This document shows positions 36,575 through 51,600 of a stretch of DNA of 64,000 nucleotides, in pieces (positions within the stretch are counted from its first letter, which is position 1; every line of letters starts with the position of its first letter). The notes under the pieces were generated by a model. The model was given only the letters and a program-made list of their open reading frames with translations. It searched no databases and had not been told where the DNA came from. Position numbers and translations under genes: made by a program. The stretch comes from Paragordius varius (lineage: Eukaryota > Animalia > Nematomorpha), in NCBI GenBank assembly GCA_964247055.1, contig OZ176052.1, positions 9,176,001 to 9,240,000 of the forward strand, given 5' to 3'.

Positions 36575-39117
36575 CCACAATATATATATCTATAATATCA
36601 ATTCAATAATCCATTTAGTGATCTACTAATTTAGCTTTAAATAAATAATGATTTTCTTTTACGAAATTTAATAAAGATTACCTATTAAACTCTTCCCCAT
36701 CACTCATTATGATTTTGTTAAACTGTTTTTCAGGCTTACAAAATAGTGGTTTATGATTGGAGCATGTACAAAGAAAATGTTCGAACTAATTAAAAAATGC
36801 TGGGTTTTCACAAAAAATTTAAAATTACGATTTTTTTGGAGGAAGGGGTGAGAAACGGTTGTTTTTCAGAGTTCTATACTCCAAGGTTTATTAAAAAACG
36901 CTTTATACGCCTTCATAAGATAAATACCTATGATTTTTATGGTCACATGCGTTTAATGATGATTTGGTGATTGAAAAAATATACGATAAGGCTCAACACA
37001 GATACATAATGCACTCTTTGTCTTATGTATAAATATAAGTTAAATAATTATATTGAAGCCAAAATCTTATATAAATTATATTTTGTAGCATAGAGGTTAT
37101 GAAACATAGCAATAAATAATTATAATATAGAGTTTTGACAATGAAGTTTTATATGGGATAAAACAATATAACTAGTTGGCCCTATCACGCGTCGCAGTGA
37201 TTTAGTCTGAATGATAATTAGTACACTTAATCAAAATACGCAATAAACAGATGAAATGGATAAAAGATTAATAAATACACTTTAACCGTACATTTATTTA
37301 AACGATATATTCGTGCACAAAATTGCCATATTAAAATTCTACATTATCAAAGTTATTTATCAATTATTTTTCGAAAATTATTGTTATCCAAAAAATTGAT
37401 AAAATGTTTCTATTCATCATATTGCATTTACACATAAACAGGGGCTATAAGTACAAAAGGGATACCAGAAATAATTAAACGATTATTTTATTTTGAAGCG
37501 TATTCTGCTGAGCACAGAACTTTACCCAGCGTTTAAAAAGTGCTGACTAATAATGTTTAATTAGATGGAAAAGATAAGCAGGACCTCAACGAATTCATAC
37601 TCCCATATACGTTAGAAAAATTGTTACAAATTGTTTTGGGAAAATTAGTTGTTTTGCAAAGTACGGATTCTAGGGGATGGGATAGATGCAGGGACTAATT
37701 CAATAAAATAGCTATAACACCCTCGGCACACGTAAAAATATAAATAACGATTAATAAATTATAATACCACACGTTTTCCTGAAAATGGACTCAAAGCCTA
37801 GATATTTAAAACCATTTTTTGGAAGGGGTGGGGGAAGGGCAGGGTTAAATTGAGGAATTAATTCAACTACTCTGTCACTTTCAATGCGTTTGCAAAAATC
37901 AGAAAACCCATTATTACATTTGAATAGGCCCATACGTTTTTCGAAAAATTGCTTCAAAGCTGATTAGATTAAAAACCTATTTTCAGAAAGAGTAGGGGGC
38001 TCTAAAAAATGTCATAGTCACCATCGGCACATTTTTTGACAAAATCTTTCTTTTCCGGTAAATTGCTTTTAAAAGAATATTGGTTTTTATTTTCAGGGAA
38101 AGGGGCTAAACTGATGGGAATTTGACAAAATGTCATAGTCACCTTCACCGAATTTTTAAACGAAAATTTTCAGTATTGAATATGAAGCATGTTACCCGGG
38201 ATATTGCTTCGAACGCTTTTTTTAAAATTCTAGATTTTCATGTAGGGCTAAACAAAGGGCCAAAACTTAAAAAATGCCTGCCAAATTTTAATAAAGGTAA
38301 ATTTGAATACTTTCAAAGGGAGGGTGATAAAAGTCGCACTTGACTGGCAAGTCAGGCTTGGTAAGTTGAACATGTTTACATAAGCCAGCAGGTGTACACT
38401 TGAAGATCGGTGATAAAACACTTAAGTCAAGTCTTAATTTATTAAAATTTTTTTGCTGCCCAACTTCGATTTTTCCTGATTATATTTTGATCATTTTCAT
38501 GAAATAAGGCATTAAAAAGATAAATAATTAATACAATATATATTTATTGAAGTTATTCAAAACTCAATGGCATGTATGTTAAAATATATTATTATCGATT
38601 TTATAAATTGAGCCAACCTAAAATATGTAAGTTTGTGAAAATATTTGCCTTTAATACACTCTTTTATCATACCTCATGTATAGCATAATGTTTCAGATAA
38701 AATAAATCTAATTATAGAGTTTCTAATTATCTATTCTCCAGAATTATCATGAAATAGTTGTATTTAAATTTTGCCCTATTTTTGTCGATCGAGAATTTCC
38801 CTGCTTACTGTTTACCACGAATTCTAGTTTTGCTCTCAATTTGTTGCCCTTTTCAAGTATAATGGGATGTTTAACATCATATTATTTTTAGAATAATTAA
38901 GTTTGAAATATTTATAATAAAAAACTCTTTATTAACTTTTAGCGTTTATAATTATATGAAACGAAGATTTGTCAATTTTAAACAAGATTATTTTTTAATT
39001 ACATAGATATATATCTTCATAAATTTTTAGATATTTTTGTCAATTAAGGTTTAGCGTAAATATAAGATATATCGTTTTACTAACCTATTTTGATCAGTAA
39101 TTCATATAATATTTTAT

Positions 39118-39663
39118 CACTCGGATTCAGATTGGGGTATATAAATACCCCAGGTTTAAGATGATATTTTAAAAAACTACTAAAAGAAACGGTTCTAATT
39201 TAAACTTATGCTTCTATTTAAATAAAAATTATTTAATTAAAAATATTCAGATAAAATTTAGTCTTGGAAAAAAGTTTCGTAAACCTGTTTGGACGCCATT
39301 ATTTTACAACATTTTGGTAAATCTACGTTAGATTTTAAGCCGAAAATTAAATTAAATTTTTTATTAAATCACATTTAACAACATTGATATCAACAGAAAA
39401 GTGATATATTTTGCATTATTTTTATGTTCAGCTTATGCAGACATGTCATTTGGGCTAAATTTTTACCTTTGCGTTTTTCCTCTGAATTAGAATGTAGTTT
39501 TTTTGAATTAATTTTTATTATATTTCGGTTTATTATTGTTATATAAAGGCAAACTTTTGCCATGCCAATTTATTTCATAGTTTTTAATATTTAATTTTAA
39601 ACAATCCTGGGGCATCTAAATACCCCAATTTGAATAGTAAAAGGAATGCGTTGTATCCAATAG
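39118..39663 (+). mobile_element. piggyBac-like MITE family A, degenerate
   Basis: CACTCGGATTCAGATTGGGGTATATAAATACCCCAG ... TACCCCAATTTGAAT..GTTGTATCCAATAG-TTAA. Confidence 0.8.
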
Positions 39664-40949
39664 TTAAATATATTCAAACTACATTTTTTGGTAGGCCTTC
39701 AAAAGGTTGCTAAATAAAATTATTTTTAGAAATTATTTTTGTTTTTACAATTAGCCAATTTTTTTTAAATTTTTACGATATAATAATCAAATTTAATAAA
39801 ATTGGCAGTAAATACACACCTAATACCAAAAAATTCTTGATTTTCATAATATAAAATATATTTAATATATATCAGAAATTTTTGAGTTTATTGAGGGTTC
39901 ACGGAGTTGATGAAATTAGGATCTTTCAGATGTATCTTTAGCAGACTTTTTTCAAACCTTTAATACTTTTCTAACACCCAATTTGAATTGGTTAATTAGC
40001 TGAAATATTAAATAAAAAATTAATAACATTAAAAAAGGTTCCAATTATATATCAAATCTAAATTATATATATTAATCTTTTTCAAAATAATTATGTGCCT
40101 ATTTATCTATCAAGGGGGCCCTACATCACACTTGCAAAATCTTGAAGTCTTACAAGATCATAATATTTTTTATTGCCTCGGAAACTTTCTGGCATTTAAG
40201 TCCTCAATGTTAGAATTTTTTTATCACATGAAACAAGCCATGAGAAAAACCTGCAAGTCAAGTCAAAATTTTTTTTTATCACCCCACCCAAAGCTTTGGG
40301 ACTTTAGGACGTATACCTAAAAATTAAAATTTAATATAAAAGCTTTACTTTTAAAATGCACTATATGGTATATTTTAATTATATTTTTTGGTTTGTACCA
40401 TCTATAATTAGCACAATTGCTTCAATATTACAATTCTTTATGTGGAGGAATTGGCACAATTATATTGTCATTCCTTAAATGACTCGTGTCTTGACAAGCC
40501 AAGTAATGTTGTGCTACCTTTGTCATTTTTTTATTCTTAATAATAATTTTTGTACCGTACTTAATCAAATATCATATTTTAATTTGTAATAAAGATAAAA
40601 TAAATTAAATTTTTTTTTAGTTATAAATAATCCGTCCGCTTTGTTATGAAATGCATCTAAAGATAAATCCACCTGATTGACAATTTAAACAGCAGCAACC
40701 TAGATTAAATCCAATCAAAATATCAAAACAACATATGACTTCTTTGTTTACTAGACCTTTAAATTTACGTAACTTTTAATTGGTAATATTATTGATTAAA
40801 TTGTTTTAGGTGTATATCAATCTTATCATTATTGAAATAAAGATACATATGTTACCGAATGAAGAATATACCAATAAAAATCTGTATTGATTTTTGCAAT
40901 ATAAATTTGTCTAATTGTAGTAATAAAAGCCTTACAAGGATTTTTATTA

Positions 40950-43900
40950 TTGTTCACACGGACGGTATCACTCCTAATTCTGGCATCGTCATCGGAATCT
41001 GAAATTGGTGGTACCACACCTCCACCAGCTAAGAAACAACGCGTTGTTCCACCTATTGCAGATTCCAATACTCTTCTCCTTACAACCGCCGGTAACATAG
41101 CATCTGCTTGTCAACTTTCTATTAACCCCGTCGAAATGAATAATAACAGCAATGATTGTTTCATAGACAAACTGCCTTGTGCAGAACGATTGAAATCTAA
41201 ATTATCTGGCGATAGTATAGCGTCCTCAAATGGATCTAATGGTACCAATAATTTTAATAAAAAAAGTCAATATCCGTTTCCCTACACTTCGTCGTCCACC
41301 ACATCAAAACACAATAATAACAATATTATTGTAAATGCCGCGATATCAACTTGCAATTGTCATTGTTGTTCCACATACCAGCACCACCAACAAAGTAAAC
41401 AAATGTCATCGCTTGTTTTTCACGATAATAACAAAAATGATAAAAATAATTTTTTGACAAATTTGAATCGTAATTTTATTACTAATACTATACTAGGCTC
41501 ACAAATTTATGATTGCTGCAATAATCTGGATATTTCAAGTTCGAAACTTACCAAATCAATGTTTCCACCCATGCATCAAACTATCAAGTCAAACACTATA
41601 ACTCATTCTACTTTGGGTCCGCTGAAAAATTTGTTCTCATTCGAAAATAATGGTAACAATACAACCAATAATATTGTTGGAAAAAATGGAATTTATCTCT
41701 GTAACAAACATGTAAATACCATAAAAAGCAAACATTCTGACTCATCTAAAAACATTTCATGTCACAACGAATTACATCATGTGAACACACAAAATGATGA
41801 AACAGCTCAAGTAAAACCCCGTGGTACTATACATAATAATGCAAATAATAAACATCAAGGTAAAATCAGTCATCATAAAAATACCAATAAGCTTAATGGT
41901 TCAATTAAAGCTTTGAACAAACTTACAGCAGTTGTAAATGGCGATTCACAAAAAGCAACTCAACTTACTTCTCGAAAACCCAAAAAACAAACGATTGAAA
42001 AAACGAAACATTCCGATTTGGTCGTTGCTGATATTCAACCCGTACCTCTGGGTTCGGCTTCAGATTACGAAGTTATACGCATCATTGGTCAACACCTTAA
42101 AAATTTGGGTTTAAGGTACTAAATTTTTTTATGTTTCATACCAACTTTTTTTTGGGGTCCTATAGGATTTTTTTACATTTTTGTATTATAATTTTGCTTT
42201 TAAGCCAAATTTATATTATAAAATATATCACACGATATTTCTAAACAATAATGATAATTTTTTTTCCATCTTTTTGTCAATTTGTTCCAATTTTTTGCGC
42301 GCTTGAGATATATGTTGTGTGCCATACGTTGTATATCATCAATATTAATTAAATTTAATCAATATTTATACATATAATATTTACCGTTTTTTTTCGGAGA
42401 AAAATAAAAATAAAATTCACAAACGGGTATCAAATATAAAATAACATTCTTATTCTTTTACAAAGCACGTAGTTTAGCGATATTTTTTTGGACACTACTT
42501 TTTTTAAAGGATAACACTATCCTATTTGAGCCAAATCACATTTTGTTTTAAATTCTTACCAAAATGAAAAAAAAATGCACTATCGTATATACGCAATCTT
42601 TATTTTTCTCTCTCCTCTCTTTACGTATTTTTAATATAACGACACATTATAATAGCAACCACTTTATTTGCAAGTTTTATACACCCATTGTAGAAAAAAA
42701 AGCTAAAAATAGATTTACAAATCAAATTAAATCAAACAAAGAATATGCATAGAGAATGAAGATTGTCACTTATATTTTTGAGATATCTCAACTAAATGTA
42801 TTGTATCTTTAATAAAACGATCAAAAATTAAAAACAGTTTGGAACTTTAGGCCTGAAATACTCCATTTTTACCCACTTTACAAAATTATGAACCCTAAAT
42901 TATGGCTAACTTAAGAAAAACATCTGATTTTGAAGCCTAATATTTTTCATAGAAGACAATTTTATTTCAGTCATGTATCCTTTATTTTATCAAAAATTTA
43001 TATTTATTTAACAAAAAAAATTAATTTTTAATAAAAAAAGGATTGACTATAACTGCTATAAAAACAGTAATTTAATTATCAAATTTTTTTGTTTAGCCGA
43101 TCAACCGAAATACTTATCAAAGAAGCAGGATGTTATTTAGAACACCCAGTGGCGGCAGCTTTTAACAGGCACATTTTGAATGGTGAATGGTCAAAGGTTT
43201 TATATATTTTTCTTTTTGAAATATCTTTAATTTTTAACCCGTAACCACCATATTTTATTATGTTTTGTGATTGATGAAATATGAGAGCTGTTATAATATT
43301 ATTAAATTGAAATTTTTTTAGTAGGTGTGTATGTGTTTTTATTTTAATAGTTAAATATTTATTTAAATTGCATCAATTTTTTACATAATAAAATTGTTAT
43401 ACCACGTGTTTCCAACATATATATAAAATAGTAAGATAGAGCTATATAATCTTAGTCTTATAACTATAAAACAATATATGAAACATTTTTGAATTCGAAA
43501 AATGTTTATGGGAAGGTTAGCGCTCTTTTTTCTTCACAAAATAATAATTCATTCGATTAACAAAATTTGACTACATAATGTTAGATTGATCTAATCTGTG
43601 TATGTTTCAAATATACTAAACTTTTCCGGCCAATAATTTATATTTTTTAATAATGTCTTTTCTAATTGATTGGCTGGTTTTATAGCTATTATTTTTAAAA
43701 TACACCAAGCTGCTTGCATGCTTAATTATGCATTAAATATCACACTAAAGTGTGCTTTAACATACATAACATAAAACAAAATAACATTAATAATTTTTTC
43801 CGATCAATTTTTTTTTCGATTCAAAAAACATTGTAAACAACTAAATTGTTTTGCATGCATGTAGTATATAATCAATTGTATTTATATATATGTATTTTGA

Positions 43901-46019
43901 AATGAATATCTATCATATTAGATATCATTTATATATTTATTGTTGATTAATGATTATTACCTTGGCCTTTTAGGCGTATATTTTCAATCCCATATAACTA
44001 CTATGTATATAACTAACGAAATTTACATTACAAAACATCGATACATTTGCATTGTTGTATACATTTATAAAACAGTCACCTTTTCCGATTTTTATAATAT
44101 TCCAAAATTATAAACATTTGAAAAATTTAGTTGGGTGGCAGTATTTTTCTAATATCCCATTTTCTTTTTTAATGTCTATTGGTTTAATTTTATAAAATGA
44201 TTCCTAGTTAGAGCTTAAAATATCCTTTTGTTAGGTATAAACTGCAACTGGCTTTGATAAACGGCAAATAAATTGGATAGTTACTATTATATGAGATAAT
44301 GAGTTATCATTTAGTTCTCTATTGAAATTAATTTTTTCACGAATCCAAGAAATTAGTAATTCGTTTAATAAAAACGGAGTTTGTTTTAAGGAATATAGTG
44401 GACAGCTTATGACACGGGTATAAAAGATACTTATAAGGTTTCATGAGGAGAAATTTTTTAACTTAAACACATTTTATCGACAAGCTTTTTCCTATCAATC
44501 AATATGTTGGATATTTAGATTTTTTTGCATTTTTTCATACAAATTTAAAGACATTGGTTTTATTTCGTACATATTTAGTACTAGGAGCATATTTATCTTT
44601 TTAATTGTTTAAAATGAGAGGGAATTATTTTATCGGTTCTTTTATACGAAACTTTCTTAAAGCTGTTTTTAGTGTACCGAAACAACTACTGGTTTTAAAA
44701 CTTGAAAACCTCGTTTTTTATTTTTTAATATCTAAATAGTTGTTTTTTATTAATGAAAACATGATAAATTTTAAACAATGCCTATTTATTTAGTTACCCA
44801 TAGGCTAATGTATATGCAATAAAATGATAATTTTAATCATACGCCAAAATCATTTTTCATACCATTTTGGAAATCGTACGATTTAAAATGCCCCTTTTAA
44901 ATATGACATATTTTTGCAAAAAATATTTTATCAATACAATAAGTAATGGATTAGTTGCTAGCGAGTTCATATTCACAAATGCATGCCCTAAAAATATAAT
45001 TACCAAAAATATCAAACTAGATATGATAAATTATTAGATTCACTAGGTTTTACTGTAATTTGTTTTTATTATCATGGAGTTGTGGATACCACATTTCTAG
45101 AAAAATAATTATATTTTTTAACTTTTATAAAACAATTTAATATTTTTTGGTAACACAAAGTTTGTGGCGCAAAAACAGATACCATTTTTTAATATTATCC
45201 ATCCATAATATATAAGTATGTTTTGCATCTTTCCAAAAAATTTTATGCGTAAAGTCTAAATTTCATTGTAACCTAATATTTTGATGTGATTAACAAGTGT
45301 CGCCACAATAATTTTAATTGCATACATACATATATACATATACAGTAAAGAGTTTTAAATATTTTTCTCTTATAAATGTCTTTTTATTGGTGTATAAAGA
45401 AAGCACATCTACATATATGTATTATATAAATGACTAAAATTTGAATATTTTTTCTATACACCAATTAAAGGACAACCCTATTATAACCAATAGTATGACT
45501 CTTTTTTAGCAATATTTTTATTGCATTTTGCACATTTTTGTATGCTTATACACACAATGAAAAATCCAATAAGTCAGATTTTTTATCAGCAGCAAATGAA
45601 CGCACAATATAAACATATATAAATAGAGAACTGCCTATCGAGTTTTCAAGGTTTTTCTGTTGATGCCAAATTACTTTTATACTTCTTATTCTCTTAATGC
45701 ATTTTTTTTTTTCAGTATTTCATTTCCCTTATATGAAAAATAATATATTTTGGTGTGTAAATGGTAACTACAATATAATTTTGATTGCAATCGTTACGCA
45801 TTTAATATAGGCCCATCATTATTTTTTATTTATATCGATTTGGCAAATATATACCCATTTTTGTGTTACGGGTATTAATAGTGGTGAGTTGCTTGGGAAA
45901 ATTATAATTTCTTTTCTATATCGAAAGTTCTGATATAGTTGTAAAATTCGTAATTTATATATCATATAATTGGATGATTACAAAGCATTTGTTTTATATC
46001 CGAAACTATAATTATCGCT

Positions 46020-46050
<31 letters not shown>

Positions 46051-47989
46051 GAAGCTTTACAATATAATAATTTCTTGTTTCGGAATAAATTGAGTTTATA
46101 TTTTTGTTGGGCCTATTTTTAATATGCACAGTATTATGTAAATAGAGGGATATGTCATACACAAATGGCTTCACAAGCCCCACACGCAAAAAATATGGGC
46201 ATTAACAAATATTTTATACATTTAAAAAACTAATATTTATTTTAATTTTTTCTTGATCATGCCCAGATTCGGAAAGACTTTTATTTAAAAAATTTGTTTG
46301 ACACAATGAATTTTATTAGATTTCTTAAAATTTTGTATTTGATATTTCTTGCGGCGCCAGAGCATATTGGACACCCCTGGAGAATCTAAAATTGGCTGAT
46401 AAGATTACGTTCATATTATATGTATAAAAAATTTTTTTATTAAATATATTTTAAATCTGTTAATAAAGGCAGTACAAAAATATGTATTTCAATTTTAATG
46501 GCCATTAAATTGTTTAACAAATTTAGTTATCTACAAAATATACTAAAGTTTAATTTATGATATATAATGTATTTTATAGTCGTTGAAAGATTTACATGCT
46601 CTCAAGCCTTTGCTTCAAACCGATGTTATGGAAGCTATACCAGTATGTTTTATAATTTATATACATGAATTTAATTGTTTTCAATTTAACCATATGTTTT
46701 TCCATGATTTATTAACCTTTGGATATAGTTTAATTGTTTTTTTTAAGTCTGGTAATTTTGGAAAAAGGCTTTGAAATTAAATGGAATTCATATAATAAGC
46801 ACTTGAATTTTAATTTATGTATCAGTAACCGAAAAAATTTTGGTTTGAAAATAAAATTGTTGGGTAATTTAAAATTACAAATTGTAAAAGGAGATAACTT
46901 TACAATTACTATAAATAATCCATATTTTTAATATGTTAAAATATTGTTTTAAATAAATTATATACTGTATATCTTATAATATAATTTTGTATTTTGCAAT
47001 AAATTTAGAAAATGAAATTCTATATATTGGAACAAAAGTTTTTGGAATTGTTGGATGAATCTAAAACATTGGATGCCCTTTACTGCCTCCGATTCGAAAT
47101 ATCAAAGCTTAAGCATAATTCAGACACGGAATATCTGCATAAACTAAGCAGGTAGGGTTTAATATCCTATTAATAAATATTCTATTTTTTCTATTTTGTT
47201 TTGAATTTTTATTTTTTAATATATATTTATGAAGGAAAATGTATTTCCACTCTCCCTTGCTTGAGAAATGAGAATCTAAGATTTTTTTTATCAACCTTGT
47301 TTAATTTATTTTGTTTCCTATTATGTACGTTTTGAATAACTTACTTGTTGTCTCTGTTAATGCAATGATGGATGATGGCACTATATATAATTTTTGGTTA
47401 ACAGAGTGTAACATCCATTAAATTTATTAAATTTACGAACGATAGCTTGGAAAAAAAGAATAATTTTGTTTGGTTAAAAACCTTGAAACTTAAAAAAAAT
47501 TATCCATTTAGAAACGGAAACCATTTTCTTACTGACCAATAGTATTTTGTTGTATTATGAATATCCCTAAAAGTTAATACTAAATATACATAACTCTTGT
47601 TCTTTTGCATATACTTAATTATAATGTTTTATACCTTAATTTAGTGGGACGTTATTTCATATATTATTAGCTTTATCCTTAGAGTGTGGTTATTTCAAAC
47701 AAATTTGTTTTTTATATCTCCATATAAATAAATAATATTAAGAATTCTTAAATATTAATTTGTGATGTTGCTCCATTAATATAAATAGGGTAATAAATAT
47801 AAATGTTTTAAAGATTATTGGATAATATTTTTGCACGGATCAGTAGTATTTTCTTGTTATCACAATTGTTTTGGTTTCAAACATGCGTGTGACTTTTTTT
47901 AATATTTCAATATTAGTACAGCAACAAAGTGCAATGTACATATAACCTTCGATTTTTTTCTGTTATAAATGCACATTCTATCCCTTAAC

Positions 47990-48021
<32 letters not shown>

Positions 48022-48649
48022 GGTTTTTTACTAATATATTTAGTTCTAATTATTAAAATTCTTTTTGTTCTTTAGTTATCTATTGTGCAAAGGATCTCAC
48101 GATATCAGAAATGCCGCAAATTGGTCAGGCAAAGGTCCAGAATCACGACAAAAGCTTATGGAGAAGTTACAAGGTGGTTAATACTGGAAATTGTATTTGA
48201 ATCTTTTTTATTTTTTTAATAATTTTTAAAAAAATTAAATTTTTTTAATATTTTATTGATCCATTTAACTCCATCTGGTGAGTGTCATAAATATTGTTTA
48301 TAGGAAGCTTTGATAGAAAAAAGCCATTTATTTATGTGACAATTATTTATTTTTTTAATTTATTAATTAGTATTACTTTTTTGATGCACTTATACCATAC
48401 CATATACTAACTTTACTCAAAATTTCACTAAAATAAAGGCACAATTTTGGAATAATGATTTTGGTCATTTTGTTTTATCCTTTCTATATAAAAAGAATCA
48501 CAGAAATCTACCTTAAAAATTTTTATGACTAAAATATTTATATTTTAGCACATATATATATTCTTTAAATTGTAATATCTAATACTATTAATTCATGTTT
48601 CATATCTAAGAAATTGATATACGTAATCTCAAAAATGATTTTCTTATTC

Positions 48650-48680
<31 letters not shown>

Positions 48681-51600
48681 TCTATGTATTAATTTGATTC
48701 AATAGTGTTTTTACCACCAAACATTATGCTCCCACCCAAAAGACTTCAAAAATTGTTGTCACAAGCCCTTGAATTGCAAAAACAAAACTGTTCTTTCCAC
48801 AATTCTGCCCAAATCAATGATCCATCTTCCTTCCCTAACATGATATTTTGCTCATCCAATAATTGTAACTACAACGCAGCAACCAATATGTTACACTTGA
48901 CTACATCAAGCACCAATCCTAATCCATTCATCTTTTCACCGTATTTTTTATTATCGTTTTTTTGTATGTATTGAGAGTCCAAATTCAATTATTAAAACTG
49001 AAATTACAATGCTACTGTATAGGAATAAAAAATGTATTACCTAGTTTGTGGATTGTTCTGAATTTATGGAAACTATTTAAGAATGGTTTAAATTAAGATG
49101 AGTGTTTTGGAAAATAGGACATTAAAACAGAGTCAATCAAATTTTTGATAGAAAAGCCGCTATATTTTCATACCATGTTATGAATAATGGCAGAAAAAGC
49201 TATGCACATTTATTAATAAAAAATATTACTGCCATTAAATAATACATTTTATATATTATATTTTTCGATTTACATGAAACCAGAATCGTTTTATATGCCT
49301 TAATCACAATATGTATATGAAATTTTACACTTAATTTTTCAGTAACAACGCCAACTTTGGTCAATTGAATCCGACAGCTCTCACCAACCCAATTAATATG
49401 CAACAACCCTATATTCCATTCCAATCTCCTGGCGCCTCGGATTATTCTCGATTCACTGGTCTTGAAGGATTGCTTCAACGCGGTCTCAAACAACATTATC
49501 AAGATGATAATGCTCAACATAAGAAGTCGTCACAACTTTATCCTCAAACAAGTGGCCGCCGAAGGACTAAAACAACATCTAATACTGGTATACATTTTTT
49601 CACTTGTAAAACTTGAGGATGTTTGAAAAGTTTTGACTTTAAAGTTTTTGTTGGGTTAATTTTTTTAATATAAAATTAGTTTGCTTTTGCGTTTAAAATA
49701 AATATTCAATTATAAATTTAATTTTATAACAGTGCTTTTAAAATGTTAGTTACTTGGTTCCATTGTAATGACATTGTTTTTTATATAATGATATGAATTA
49801 TAATACATTTTATGTTATTGGCAATAAAAATGATTAATCTTGTCAGGCAAAATGCACTATTATTATTTCAAAAATCAATTATTATAATGAAAAATATTTA
49901 TTGTTATAATCCAGCAATAGTACAACACACTGCTTCTACCTCCCTATCAATGCCTAATACCCCTCTTGATATCCAAAAACCCGGTAAATATAGTTGAATA
50001 TTAAAAAAATATTTTGCGCATATAATATGGACTTAATGTTTCCAATTTTATAATATTTGAATTTTTTCATGGTTAGAAAACCAAAATATGCCAATGTGTA
50101 ATAACAATGCTTCAATTATTGATAAAAAAGGCAAACGTCATTCCAAAAAAATGCTCCCCATTATTTCCAACACTTTAGATTTATCAACAAACTTTGTAAA
50201 TGCGAATCCGAATATTTCCGGCCCCAATAGTAAAACATAAATTAATGCTAAGTGATTTGATATAAAGTCAAAATTTAACAATTAAAAGACCAATATTTTA
50301 TTAACAAAACTATTTATTCAATATTTTTGGGTTACGAAAGTGAGAATAGAGATGGAAATTGTCAACATACTCATTTTTATATATTACATTTGCAATCACA
50401 TAGGTTATAAATTATAAACAAGGATTTTTAGATGCAAAATTATAATAATACTTTAGGTGCACCACAAACGGCTGGTATTCAGCACATGAGACAATGGTCC
50501 ATGGGATCTATGGGATGTTATTCAGCTCCTGCTAATCAAATGAGTCTCCTTACTGACCACACTTGTTCAAAGTATAACGCTTATTTGTTAAATTAAACTC
50601 TGTTATATAATTTTGGGCACTTTTAAAAGAGATTTTTTATCGTAGGTCACTTTGGATTAATATTGATAAAATTACCGATATTTACTTTTTGGTAAATTGT
50701 TTGAGGCGTTTACATTTTATGAATAGGAATTTTTATATATGTGCTAAAACATTAGATATTATCTCGGTATTTCAAGTGAATAAATTATATTATCAAGTTT
50801 GTCATTTAAAATTAAAAATGTAAAAAGAAGAATTTATTAAAATATGTGTATGTTAAAGCGTCTGTTTATCATACTGTATTTTTTTACAGAGATATGTTTC
50901 CTCATCAAATTCAACAAATCCTAACGGATCACATTGATGAAGTTTGGTTTTGTGCCTTTTCTCACAATGGTCAATATTTAGCAACCGGTTCCAAAGATAC
51001 TACAGTCATTATATGGGATATTGATTTGGTAAATTATGTGTTACATATGAAATATTTTTTATTTGATCTTATATTTAGCTGGCCAGAATCGTGAGTTACA
51101 ACTTTTCTTTTTGACATTTTTATCATTTATTCGTGCAAATACCACTATAAATGCGCAAATAAGTCAAAAAAGGATTTTAAAACTTTCTCTGCATAAATGG
51201 AATAATTGCATACAACATCTTTTCCAATCGAGCATATAAGCGCTTTAAGAATCCTTTTATTTAATTTATGTGGTTGGTGCAAAAATTTTTTATGCAATTA
51301 TCTATTTCTTAATTATTAAATATGTGTGGTCTCATGTCTTTGACAAAATCGGTTTCATAACATACTATTGATTTTACAAAATCTACAATTTATTGGTCAT
51401 AATTATATAACAAAATTCCTTAAATTTTACTCATTTCCCACCTAGGAAACGCACCAGGTCAAAAAGAAACACACGTTACAAGGTCATTCATATGGTGTTT
51501 CCTATTTATCATGGTCTCCTGACAACACAAAACTTATTGCATGTGGCCCAGATGATTGTCCTGAAATTTGGATTTGGAACATTGAGGTATTACAAAAAAG

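Larger units (their letters stand above)
28419..36810 (+). repeat. Tandem segmental duplication, unit 2 (~8.4 kb)
   Basis: Collinear with unit 1; ends at GCTGGGTTTTCACAA. Confidence 0.95.

Noticed and set aside
37440-37957. Coding-looking frames at 37440-37700 and a minus-strand ORF with FKYLG (RT-like)
   Set aside because: No consistent spliced frame could be built and no other reverse-transcriptase motifs were found.
40829-41098. Minus-strand 89-aa ORF
   Set aside because: Antisense shadow of WDR26 exon 1.
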